The notes beneath the pieces are model-generated. The model was given only the letters and a program-made list of their open reading frames with translations. It was not told where the DNA came from and did not search any database. From assembly GCA_905178155.1 (NCBI GenBank), contig CAJINV010000022.1, forward strand, positions 703,073-767,072: a stretch of 64,000 nt of DNA, given 5' to 3'. The position numbers and the translations under genes were made by a program. The DNA comes from Amoebophrya sp. A120. Lineage: Eukaryota; Protista; Dinoflagellata. The first letter of the stretch is position 1. Every line of letters begins with the position of its first letter. Shown in pieces: positions 34,240 through 45,763 of the stretch.

Positions 34240-35165
34240 TTCTTCTGGATGGTGCCTACAAGGCTCGAAACCGTTGCCCGGATTTTTTTGGGAATCAGTA
34301 TGACAGGCATGGACGAAACCCGGGAGGGGCTTGGGTTTTTCTATTGGGGGCAGCCCCGGCGCGTGGGTTTCCGTGCTTCTGCTTCTGGGTGGTGCCTACA
34401 AGGCTGGCAACGGTTGCGCGGATTCTTTGGGGCATCAGCATGACAAGCATGGACGAAATCCGGGAGGGGCTTGGATATTTCTACCCGGGGCAGCCCCGCC
34501 CGATGGGCCTCCGTCCTTCTGGGTGGTGCCTACAAGGCTGGAAACGGTCTCCCGGATGTTTTTGGGAATCAGCACGATAGGCACGGACGAAATCCGGGAG
34601 GGGCTCGGGCTTTTCTACTCGGGGCAGCCCCGCCCGTTGGGCCCCCGTGCTTCTGGGCGGTGCCTACAAGGCTGGAAACGGTTGCCCGGATTTTTTTGGG
34701 AATCAGCATGACAAGCATGGACGAAATCGGGGAGGGGCTTGGATTTTTCTACTCGGGGCAGCCCCGCCCGGTGGGCTTCCGTGCTTATGGGTGGCGCCTG
34801 CAAGCCTGTAAACGGTTGCGCGGATTTTTTTGGGCGCCAGCGTGGCCAGCAGGGATGAAATTCGGGGGGGGCTTGGGCTTTTTTATTCGGGGCAGCCCCG
34901 CCCGGTGGGCTTCCGTGCTTCTGGGTGGAGCCCATAAGGCCGGAAACGGTTGCCAGGATTTTTTTGGGAATCAGCATGGCAAGCATGGATAAGATTCGGG
35001 GGGGCGCGGGTTGTTCTACTCGGGGCAGCCCCGCCCGGTTGGCTTCCGTGCTTCTGGGTGCGTGGTGCCTACAAGGCTGGAAGCGGTTGCCCGGATTTTT
35101 TTGGGAATCAGCACGACAGGCATGGGAGAAGTCCGGGAGGGGCGTGGATTTTTCTGCTCGGGGGG
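34240..35165. repeat. ~134-bp tandem repeat, 7 diverged copies
   Basis: ggtgcctacaaggc-like anchors at 34251, 34391, 34525, 34659, 34793, 34927, 35064. Confidence 0.92.
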
Positions 35166-35204
35166 TGCCGCGCATGCAAAAGCGGCGCCGGTTTTGTTGC
35201 CAAA

Positions 35205-35475
35205 TCTGGCGCCAGCGGTGCGAGTTTTGGTGCCAGTTCTGGTGCCAGTTTTGGTGCCCAATCTGGCGCCAGTTTTGGGGCCAGTTCTGGTACCAGCGGG
35301 GCCACTTCTGGTGCAAAATCTGGTAGCAGTTCTGGTGCCAGCGGTGCCAGTTTTGGTATCAGATCTGGTATTAGTTCTGGTGCCAGTTCTGGTGCCAGTT
35401 CTGGTACCAGCGGCACCAAATCTGGTGCCAGTTCTGGTGCCAGCGGTGCCAAATCTGGTACCAGCTCTGGTACCT
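35205..35475. repeat. 9/12-bp minisatellite (GGTGCCAGTTCT)
   Basis: Direct tandem repetition with variants. Confidence 0.9.
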
Positions 35476-35777
35476 TTGACGGGGGCGGAGAATCAGAATT
35501 GCAACACGAACACGACGATGATCAGTGCGAGGAATTAGAATTCAAATACGACGATCAGCACAACGACGAAGATAAGCACGTGAAATAAACGAAATTTAAA
35601 TCGTTTTGCCCCGTTTTGTTGGGTAATACTACTACTACTAAATGCTGTAGATGCAAGCAGATTATAGTATACACTTGCGCGCTTTCGCCGTGTTGGAAAA
35701 TCTACGGAGCAACGCATTGAACTTCCCCGAACTCTCTCATACGGTTCCTGAAATTGCAAAATATTCTGTTGCTGTCG
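35476..35777 (+). repeat. Direct repeat copy 1
   Basis: Aligns with 39095-39329; has an extra ~70-bp segment. Confidence 0.85.
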
Positions 35778-35795
35778 ACGTCCTCCTGAAAAATC

Positions 35796-38700
35796 ATGGA
35801 GGGCGTCGAATCGGGTCTGGAAACAGAGGTTGCAAAACCTTCACTCAGTAGCTCTGCCTCTTCTTCATCGTCCGCGGCAAGCCTCACCTCGCTCGCCAAA
35901 CACAAGCAGAATATCAATTACCGGCCGGCACTTCAAGCTGCTTCCGCATCTTCTTCCGCATCAATCAGAAAAACCAGCAGTGCCAGGTGGAATCCTGGAG
36001 TTGACATGCTTCCGCCAATACCGGAGGAAGAAGAAGAGGACCAAGAATGCTTTGCAGGCCGGATGGACCAAAACTTCCTCCGGGAGAAAGCCCACGGAGG
36101 GGAAGCGCAGGACGTGGAGATGGGGGGCTGCGAAGTGGAAGTGGATGAGGATGGCCAGGACGTTGAGCAGAACATCTCGGCCCGCACCGACGGCGCGGAA
36201 AACAAGGGGCCATCGAAGGCCGGTGGTAGTGATGGCAACACAGCAAAAACGGACCCCGAAGCCATCCCGAAGCGCAAGCGGATATTTCAAGGGTGGAAGA
36301 GACTAGGGATGAGTTGCGGCGTTCGCAGCTCCAGGTATTTCCCGTCCGACAAGGACCACCGGCACGAGCTTTTGTTGCAGGCGGTCGATTATGCATATGC
36401 AAATATGCCCTCTGGGTCTGGAAGAGGAAGGATACAAGTTTGTCATGCGTGTCTCACGTGGACGTGGCATCCATGTGAAATCTGTAATGCGTGAGCAGGA
36501 GTAATAAAGTCTCCTTTCTGTCATGCAAAAACGAAGCTTCCCGCACAGAAACCTGTCAGGCGTGGCTGCGCATTGCTCCCGCCCACTATTTACAAACTAG
36601 CATAAAAAAGTTTCCAGGCCCAGACGAATCTGTAATGTATATCGAGGACACCAAAAAGAACTACCGTGCGCCTGAGGAAGGCGAACAGATTACGGTCTTG
36701 GAAATTTCCGACGATGGCCCTGGCTGGGGTCTTTTCCCGGTTCGCTTTGTACAGCTGTGCGACGTGATGGTCCGCTTGGTGGCGCATTTCGTTTTCGGCT
36801 GCAAGTTCGCGGCCAATGATAGTCGACGAAGTCCTGTCGAGATGCTCTGGGCCGCTCTGTGGGCGCCGATTAACGGCGTGGCGCTTGGGGAGGTTAAGTT
36901 TTCCGACCTTCCGCCTCACGCCAACGAAACCCTTTGCCAGAAGAAAACCTCGATCGCCATGCACCAGCTAGTCGAGTATCAAATGCAAATGTGTCTGGAT
37001 CTGGAAAAGTGCCAGGTTTGTCATGCATATTTTCGGGGACCCATGATGTCTGTGTGCCGTCGCAGATTCTGCGAGGGCTTTCTGATGCTCGTGCCGCATG
37101 AGAAATTCTCTTTCAGCGTAGCAGAAAATGGACTTCTTTTGCTGTTCATGCAGTGCAGTTTTTTATGTAGAGTGCAAAACTAGTGTCACAAATTGCAATC
37201 TTCCACCAGACCCAGACATTTATTTGCATTGGATATCGTTATCGAGGTCATGAATACAATGTGCGGGGGGCAGGTCAAGTGGAGGGCGACGGGCTACGGG
37301 GCAAACGGGAAAACAGTCGAGGGGAGCATTTCCATGGACCCAATTCCACACCCCACGCTTTCCATTCCTGGAGCTTTATCTGGTGCAAATATGTCTGCGT
37401 CCGGAAGGATCCGAACTTGTCATGCTAAATCTGGAATGCGCAAAAATGCAAATCTGTCTTGCGCGACCCGCAAAATTTCCTCACGTCTTGCAAAGCACGG
37501 ACAAGTAGGTTTGTCATGCGGAGTATTAGCCTTGAAGAGCATGCTCTTGCGAAATGTGTGATGCCTCTGGCCTCACTTACGGCCACGTACCTTGTGTGAT
37601 GCACGAGATGCATGACAAACTACGCTCTCGTCCAGACCCAGACATATTTGCAGTCGATAAACTTCCAACGGAGACGATATTGTTGCGGCGGATTCCCCTT
37701 CCAGCCGATCAGCGAAGCGAAGGCCGACGTCCCTGCGGAGGAGCAGCGCGCCGGGGCGGAGGATTCAGGGGCGCAGGCGCCGGGCCCCGGCGAGGATAAA
37801 GCGACGAAGCAGGACGGGCCCATCACCGAGGCTGAAATCGTTCAGTTCCTGACCAAGGCAAAAACGCGTGACCCAAATTCGCGCGTGTTCCGGCTGGTCA
37901 AGAAGGCCCTCACGCACGGCACGAGCATACCGGGCTGCTTCGTGTTGATGTCGTGCGACAACCCCGAATGTTGTCCCCAGGGGCCGCCGCAGCGAAAGCC
38001 GAAGCTGCAGCACCCGCCCAACCTCGACGGCAAAATTGAGGCGGTGATGTTGCAGGAACCTGATGACCTTCTCCTCAATGATGACGAGGATTGGTTTTGC
38101 GAGCCGGCAAATGCTATCAAGTGCAAATATGTCTGGGCCTGGAAAAACTTGCGATGCTGTATTTGGATTCCAAAGAAATCTGTATTGCGTGAGAAGCAAA
38201 GGGAGCGTGACTTTTGCTACGCGGACGGGGCATTTTTTATGCGGAATAGGCATCAAGAAATCGATCCTCAAAAACTCTGTGGCGCTCCACACAGACGTCA
38301 TGGCTCATGCAGAACGTGCATGACAAGTCTCAGAATCTCCAAGGCCATGACATATTTGCATTTGATAAACGACGAGGACATCGACCTGGGCGACGAGATC
38401 GGCACCGAAGGCGTCGATATGCCGAAGCGCGCCGATACCGTGGAAAGCTTTGTGCGGTGGTATCAAGTGTAAAAATGTCTGGGTCTGGAAACTTGTAATG
38501 CTAAAAGTGAATGATGGACCTACTGCAATACGCAGCTATGCATAACAAATTTTTTGGCTGCCATGCCTTACGTATTCCGCATGGCAAACTGCGTTTTTGC
38601 ATGACAGGTAAGAGGGCCTTTCCGTGCCTATGCAACACAGATTCTCGACTCATGCCAGACAAGCATGACAAACTTGCATTCTTTCAGACCCAGACACTTT

Positions 38701-39052
38701 TGCATTTGATAGGTGGGGGAACATCACTACAACGAACCGCACCCAGCTCGGAGTTTGTGTCGCCCTAGGCAAGTACTACGCCAGGGTGGCAAGGGCACAA
38801 GCGGCCGAGCGGCACCAGCTGGAAAAGGAGGAACAGCGGGAGCAGAAGACTAGGGCAAAAACCAAGGCCGCCGAGGCCAAGAAGCGGGCGAGAGAGCTAC
38901 CGCAGGGCGCCTTTCGCGACGACTGGATAAACGGGTATGCCCCGCGCCAGTTTTGGTACCAGTGCTGGCACGCCGCCACGTGTGTTGCCGGCCGTTGTAA
39001 AAAAAGAGTCATGAAACTAAATGTGGTAGACTACATGCTGGAACCAGTGTAA
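35796..39052 (+). CDS. Hypothetical protein with five introners and one apparent frameshift near 37695
   Basis: Exons join in frame across the elements at 36390, 36977, 37377, 38115 and 38461; ends ...VVDYMLEPV*. Confidence 0.6.
36390..36641. mobile_element. Introner family A (aged)
   Basis: TSD TCGAT/TCGAG; frame restored. Confidence 0.82.
36977..37235. mobile_element. Introner family A
   Basis: TSD TCGAG/TCGTT; frame restored. Confidence 0.85.
37377..37659. mobile_element. Introner family A
   Basis: TSD AGCTT/AACTT. Confidence 0.85.
38115..38367. mobile_element. Introner family A
   Basis: TSD AATGC/AACGA; frame restored; element is also stop-free in frame. Confidence 0.85.
38461..38711. 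mobile_element. Introner family A
   Basis: TSD GGTGG/GGTGG; frame restored. Confidence 0.93.
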
Positions 39053-39094
39053 GACTTTAGAGAAATGAACGCTACATCCTGGAGCTGCTTTCTC

Positions 39095-39329
39095 TTGACG
39101 GGTCAAGGAATTAGAATTAGAACACGACGAACACGACGATGATCAGCGCGAGGAATTAGAATTCAAACACAACGATCGGCACGACGATGAAGATAAGCAG
39201 ATGAAATAAAGGCAATTGACTTACGCTTGCGCCTTTTTGCCGTGTCGGAAAATCTACGAGACAACGCATTGAACTTCGCCGGGCTTTCTCATACGGCTCC
39301 TGAAGTTGCAAAAAATTCCGTTGCTGTCG
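39095..39329 (+). repeat. Direct repeat copy 2
   Basis: Aligns with 35476-35777. Confidence 0.85.
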
Positions 39330-41455
39330 TAGTACACTGCCACAACAAGTGGATAGAAAAAGCTTGCCGGGATAAATGTGCTCGGCCAAGGCCACAACTG
39401 CGACAGTCTTCTACTAGTGTTCACCTGAGCAATGAATCACGCCTCATCAAGTGGTTCCTTTTATTTGGACGCTTCGTCTTCTTAGCCCTTTTTCTTTGTC
39501 CACTGTGCGTGGTCGCAAATCTTATCGTCTCCGGATCACCTCAAGACACTAAACCGGGTGGCGTTGTCCTTGTGTGGATCCCTCGTCGTTTTGGTTTTCT
39601 TTTCGTGTCCGTAGCCTGCAAGCACAAAGCGTGATGCGTTCTGGCTAGATTAGTAGTTGAGGCTCGTTATTGAAATTGTCGTGCTGTGAGTCTAGTGCAA
39701 CTGCAAGTGCAACGCCGATCTCGGCTGCAAACATGCAGCGGAATTTTAACCCGCCGCTGCGAGGGCGATCGGTCGGCGCAGCACTACCGCCCAACAATGC
39801 GCCGCGGCCGACTGGAGCAGTGATGATATGGCCTGGTCACGGGTCGCGCCCTCATCTTTTGCATAAAAATCCGCTCTGCATCTTCAAGGAATTCGCATGA
39901 TTTTTGCCATGCAACGGTGCAGAGGCGGGAAAAATAAAAATCGAGGTCCGGCGAAATAGAGCCTTAGCACGCCAAAGGCTACAAGAGGATGAGTTTTCAG
40001 TCTCAGAAATCTATATTCTTGCTCGCTCGAGCTTCGAGAAGCGTCTATGCTCATGCAGACCTAAATGTCATGACGTCACAGGAGAGTTTGGGTGAATAAA
40101 AAACACTGCAGTGCAAAAGCATGAAAAGGTTGAGGGCGCGACCGCTGAGCAGCTCATAAGCACAACAACACCGTGTAGATGCACACCAGATTGAGCAGGG
40201 GGTGCACATGCAGCACACCAGAGACGCGAATATTAGAGCGGGGCATGAACACGTCAGGCATCCGCGACAGCTGGGCGCGAAGTAGTGAATAAAAAAAGCA
40301 CTTGGGCCTATTATCGTAGGGCGCATAAGCAGCTTACGGCGAGCTTTTAGTTTTATCCGCGCGTGCAGCGGCGCTAAACGGGCGCAGAAGGAGGGTAGAG
40401 GCAAAGAAGGCGCCAGCCACGTACTTAGTGGGTCCGGGGAGAGGGTGCAGAGGGTCCGAGGGGGTCCACAGTATAGCTGGGCCCTCTGTGGGACCATCTG
40501 TCGCGACCCTCTCCGGGAAGCTCTATGTGGTTTCTCGGAGGACCCTCCCATGACTTCTCCTGCCCCCCCCCGGCCCTCTTTCGGATCCTCTCCGGGCCCT
40601 GTCCCGGACCGTCTCCCAGACCCCCTCCTGGAGCCCCTCCCGGAGCGGCGCCTGTCTGCTGGCGGGCGGTCTTGCTTCAACGGGGGTCGGCAGTTCTGAA
40701 AAAAATTCAACTTCGGGTCAATTTGGCTGCCCAAAGTGGCCGCGCCGTTCTGCGCCCCGCGGAGGGGGTGGGTGCGGCGCAGTGCCTTACAGTGGGCGGC
40801 CGCTTGAGGGTGCCGCGCTCAACTTCCAACAACGCCCGCGCACGCGCGGGCAACAGGGGCGGGGACGTTTCTTTAAAAGGAACACGGCCAAACCTGCGTC
40901 CACATTCTGGTGGGCCCCCCCCAAGAAGCGACACCATGGCCCTTGCTCTTCTTGGGTGCGCATTCTTGTTCGTGCATCTGCAAAAAGCAGCCTCCTTCCT
41001 TTGGCGTGATGGCGGGGCCGCACTACAGGGCACCCTTCCCTTCGCGGCACCAGGCCGGCGGCCAAGCTAATTGTCCGGGGCCCCCTTTCATGGAGAAGAA
41101 GGCCGGTGCGGCGGCTGTGCATCTGCGCGCGCCATCCGGGCGAAGGGCGCAGCAAAGAAGAATTTCTTCTTTTGCTGCGCCGGGGATTCGACGTAGCGAG
41201 TCGGTCGGTGGTGCCGCTTTCCCCACCGGAATCCTCCACCAAGCAGCCCACCCCCCGGCGGCCGCCGCCGGGGGGTGGCTGGTGGAGTAAAATACCGTGG
41301 CGCAGAAGTTACTATCGAACACCGAACAGACTGTGGCTTCGGAGCTGACACTACGAAGCCACGCCACTGGTTCGTGGTCGAAGTGCAGTTTTTTTGTTCG
41401 CTATAATCGCCTCCAGCAGATAAATCGCCGAAACGGGTATGACAACGTCCAGACA

Positions 41456-43452
41456 ATGGCCGACTTAAACGCCAGGCCGGTACCCCGCAACATACAGCCC
41501 CAAGAGATCCCGCGTAAGCGTAACGATCGTGTTATGCAATGCAAATATGTCCGGGTCTGGAACGGTGCAACTTGTCATGCTGCAGTTGAATCTGGCAAAA
41601 ATCTGTGTTGCGTGCGCGGCTAATTTTACATCCACCTCGCCCCGCGCAAAGTTCCCATTTCTCATGCGGAATAGGCATTAACCAGCTTCTGCGCACTCTG
41701 TGATGCTTCTGGATGCATTCCAGAGGACCATCTTGGTCTCTGTGTTGCACGAGATGCAAGACAAATTTTGCGCTCTCCAAACGAACCCAGACATACTTGC
41801 ACTGGATGCAGGATCATGATCGACAGCAACTACACCAGGCCTACCACGACGACGACGACCAGATCTATCAAATGCAAATATGACAGGTCTGGAGGAATGA
41901 AAGCTTGTCATGCTAAGGCTCAATCGCGGAAAAATCTGTGTTGCACGAACGCCGGGAGTTGCCCGGTTCTTGTTGTCATGTGGAATAGACATGTCACAGG
42001 CGTCGCTAACTATGTGATGCTTTTCTGTGCATGCCAGGCTGCGGGTGCGTGTGTGGTCCGACGTGAGATGCATGAGAAATCTCGCATCCTTCCAGACCCA
42101 GACATATTTGCAATGCATAACTTCGAAGGCCGAGGCCGGGCAATATCAAAGTGAAAAATCCCCCCCTCCCCATTTTCGCAAGGAAGCTTCTGATGCTGGA
42201 TTTGCGTACACGAATAAGCTCTGCCTTGGTTCCACAATCGGGCGACATCCTCTGAACTTTTCTTCTTGCAGGACGCGACAATCAATTATTTGTGGTCACA
42301 AATCAGCATCACAAATTTCCCTTTCGAGTATGGGCAGGGGGCCCCTTCTCACAGAATAGCCGCGAGAACAGCAACTAGCAGTCGCAGAACAGCAACGTCG
42401 AGCGCGAAAGCAATCGTGTCCCATGCGCATCCGGCTGATGATCGTATCAAATGCAAATATGTCTGGGCCTGCAAGAAAGCAATACTTGTCATGCAGAATT
42501 TCCATGCCTCCCGCGGTCTGGAATGCAGCACCTAGCATGGCAGGTTCTGCGAGGTCTCTAAACCCTATCATGCCTATCCTGCACTTTCTCTCATTATGAG
42601 ATGGTCTCAACGATTATGCTTTTAAAAATTCAAAAAAATCTTTATTAAGAAAGCAAATAGCAACAATTAGCCGCCGAAGCCGCCGCTGTTTTCGCGCCGT
42701 TTGTGACGTCGTTTGCCGCCGTCTTCACAAGCCGTCGTATGAGGTTGTTAAATAAGTAGTTCTAAATGAGATCCCAATTTGAACTAGCTAGTTTAGGTAA
42801 TAGACATTCTCATTGCCATGAGCAGCTTGAACCCACTCAGCTAAGGTGTTTGGCCGGCCAGATCGACACGGCTTCCAAGGTTGACGGGCCCGAACTTCGT
42901 CTGGGGCCCCGTCCGGGGCTCCGAGCAACATTCCGGTGGAGCATCCAAGGTAGTCGGCAGCTTCGGATCGCAGGAGAGGAGAGAGCTGGCGGCACCTCAA
43001 TGCAAATCTTCAAATAGCTACTTTCTAAGATGCATATTAGCTAGTTCAAATTGGGATCTCAACATTTAGAACTACTTATTTATCACATTCATAATCTGCC
43101 AAGTGGCGACGCGCGGAAGCTGTGGACAACGGAGCACCAAAACGGAGTCGATTCAGGATGGATATGTGCCTATTTGCTGTCTTAAAAAAGATTTTTTTGA
43201 ATTATTGAAATCATAATCGTTGAGACCATCTCATACTCATGTTGGTTGAAAAAAGCACAAGAACCTTCGGTGATTGCGCAAGACACATTTTTTGTGATCC
43301 ACAAGACGCATGATCACAGGTTCCATCCTTCCGGACCCAGACATATTTGCAATGTATACGTCGACGAACTGCAGCCAAGTGCAGAAGAGCGGAGGATCGA
43401 AGCAGAACTGCAGAAACTGTACGACGAGCGTCGCCAGGCAGTATCTTACTGA
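41456..43452 (+). CDS. Small hypothetical protein with four introners, one containing a nested element
   Basis: MADLNARPVP...DHDRQQLHQAYHDDDDQ...EQQLAVAEQQRR...DELQPSAEERRIEAELQKLYDERRQAVSY* joined by the element plus 5 nt rule. Confidence 0.6.
41533..41808. mobile_element. Degenerate introner family A
   Basis: TSD decayed (CGTGT/CAGGA); frame restored. Confidence 0.75.
41866..42119. mobile_element. Introner family A
   Basis: TSD AGATC/ACTTC; frame restored. Confidence 0.85.
42144..42358. mobile_element. Short introner family E
   Basis: E-type left TIR, decayed right TIR; frame restored. Confidence 0.75.
42445..43358. mobile_element. Introner family A interrupted by a family G element
   Basis: A-type ends; TSD GATCG/CGTCG; frame restored. 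Confidence 0.85.
42595..43235. mobile_element. Family G foldback-like element, 641 bp, nested in A
   Basis: Perfect 24-bp TIR tatgagatggtctcaacgattatg extending imperfectly to ~65 bp; second internal IR; TSD CTCAT/CTCAT. Confidence 0.93.
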
Positions 43453-43504
43453 AAACGGTCCCTACCGCTTCGTCGCTGCGATAAGAGTGTCGGAGCCCAA
43501 AACG

Positions 43505-43807
43505 TATGGATTGCAAATATGTAGTAGTCCGGGTCTTGAAGTGGAGAATTTGTAATGCTGGTCTTCCATTGCCGCAAAAACAGCACCGTTGGGTTTACCC
43601 CTTTGCATCGGCAGAGCATGATGCGCACCCCCCCTAAAACAGCTAGCCTAGTTTACGTAGGTAAATTGCCAATTATAGTCCGGCTCCCGGAGGTCAGGGC
43701 CATCTACGTACCTTTCATGATGCTTGGCTGTATCTATCCGGAAGTGGCTGTACACGTCGGCATCGCAACTTTCCAGACCCAGGCAGCTGCATTACTTCAA
43801 TGCGATA
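43505..43807. mobile_element. Degenerate family A element, 3' UTR or intergenic
   Basis: TSD AAACG/AAACG. Confidence 0.75.
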
Positions 43808-45763
43808 AAACGCCTCATCGTGAGGCGCGAGGAGTGAATCACTTCTTGGCAACTTTTGACTGCGAAGACCGAGATTGCAGAAAAACACGTACTCGGCGTT
43901 ATCCTCGTGCGAAAAGAAAGAAATTTGTCTCAATTTTGCATCTACCGAAACACATACGTTTGGAAATTGGTTGTTTTCTGCCACTTCGTTGTGAGGCCAC
44001 GACATTCGCTGCTAGGCACTGACTACAACACCAGGTCGTATGGACAATTTTCAGTGTGATCCAAATATTCGTACAAAAAAGCACACCCATCTAAGAAAAA
44101 AATAAATTTGTCACGCGTCAACAACGAGAAAAGCAATTCCCTTTCACACAGCACAACGCAGTTCGCAATTCGTTTTCGGCACCCGAGGCCCACCAAGAGG
44201 GATTGTCATGCATTTTCGGTTACGTTTTTTCCGGCAGTACATCCCCCCGCAACACAAATTTGTTTTCATTCTGGTTTGGGTACATTTTTCCGTAGAATAC
44301 CGACACAGAAGCGCTGGCACAAAGGAAGAAAGATGCGGTGGCGCATACCGAAAAAGCGTCGGCGCATACCGAAAAAGCGTTGGATTCTTTGAAGCAGTAT
44401 CCTAAGGAAAAACGTCCCCAACTACACACAAAACGTGGCCACGTAGGATATAAATGCATTACATACTTCTCTCCCGCCTTCATCGTCGTTTCGTGTTCCT
44501 TTGATTTTGAAAAGTTTGAAGCTTTTCTGCGCCAGTTTACAAAAATTTTCATTTGCATTTGGTTATTCCCAGTACACAATCAAAGCACTCCAAAAAAACC
44601 AAAAAGATGCTATGCTGGGTATTTTGCTATACAAGTCTCCAAATTTCGCGGCCACCTCCGTCACCACCACAAAAAAACGACCATAGAAATGCCACGCAGG
44701 CCCCCAGACTTCGCGCGCCACGCAGGACAGACTTGGCTTCGCAGGGTAGTCGTGCTCAGCAGGTGCAGCACTACAAAAATTGCCCACCTGGCCTGCTGAT
44801 CCTGGTTCCAGCATGACAAGTTCCAAACCACCAATACCAAGTATAGTCGCCGTGGCGGGGCTAGTGAGGTCGGTGGCGCTTTTCCCACCGCCCTGGCTGC
44901 GGCCCGATAGTGAGCCTGCTTTTTTTGGGCTCGCTCGTCGAACCGCTGTAAGCAACGTTACGCCGCACGGAATTGCGGCCACGTGAAAAGCGTCACATTT
45001 TGGCACATTTGCAAAATGCCTCTCGGCAAGCCAGCCCCGGGGCTTTTCTGCCGATCCGGGCGCCGCGGGGGGCGGCTAAAAAGCGAAGAAAAGCCGGCCA
45101 CATTGCATTTCTTTTTTTTTGCGCCTGCGCCTTTCGCAAAGCTTCCGCCGCTTAGAAACCGCCGAAAAGACGGCCACCTTCGCGGCCGCCCAAAATGCTC
45201 TGAGTTCGAGGGCGTGCCAGGCGGCTTCGTTGTTTTGGCTTTGGGCGCGTTTTTTTTGGGCGCCCTTTTGGGCACCCGAAATCGCCAGAACACCACGGGG
45301 CGGGTGGCTAAGAAGGGCCCCCCTCCTGCTGGCTCCCCTGCGTCGTTTTATCAAGCGGCGACCGATATAGTCCGCCGGCAATTCGTTGCCAGAAAAGCGA
45401 AACAGGCTGGCGCGCTTTGGTTCTTTTCACGCAAAAAAACTCGCTACAGACTTGAAAACCGCCGGCCGTTTTTGGCGGTTATTGTCAAGAAAACTGCCAG
45501 GCGAAGGCGTTCTGCGGCCTTGCTACATATAGGCTAGCCCTCCTGATGTTGCGCACGGGAAGCGTTGTTCCTGTGCCAGTGATGACAAGCGTAGCACAGG
45601 GACGTTTTTCCACAGGATCCACAGCAAGACAACATCCTGGCATCGACTAGGGAAATAGATGTCGAAATAGACAAGAAGACTATTATGCAAATGTGACTGT
45701 CAAGACAGTAGCATCGCTTACACACCACATCATGCAGAGTCATTTTTAGAGGACAGCTGTGTT

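Noticed and set aside
32180-35165. CRISPR-like array
   Set aside because: Palindromic repeats but no unique spacers and no cas genes; the context is eukaryotic.
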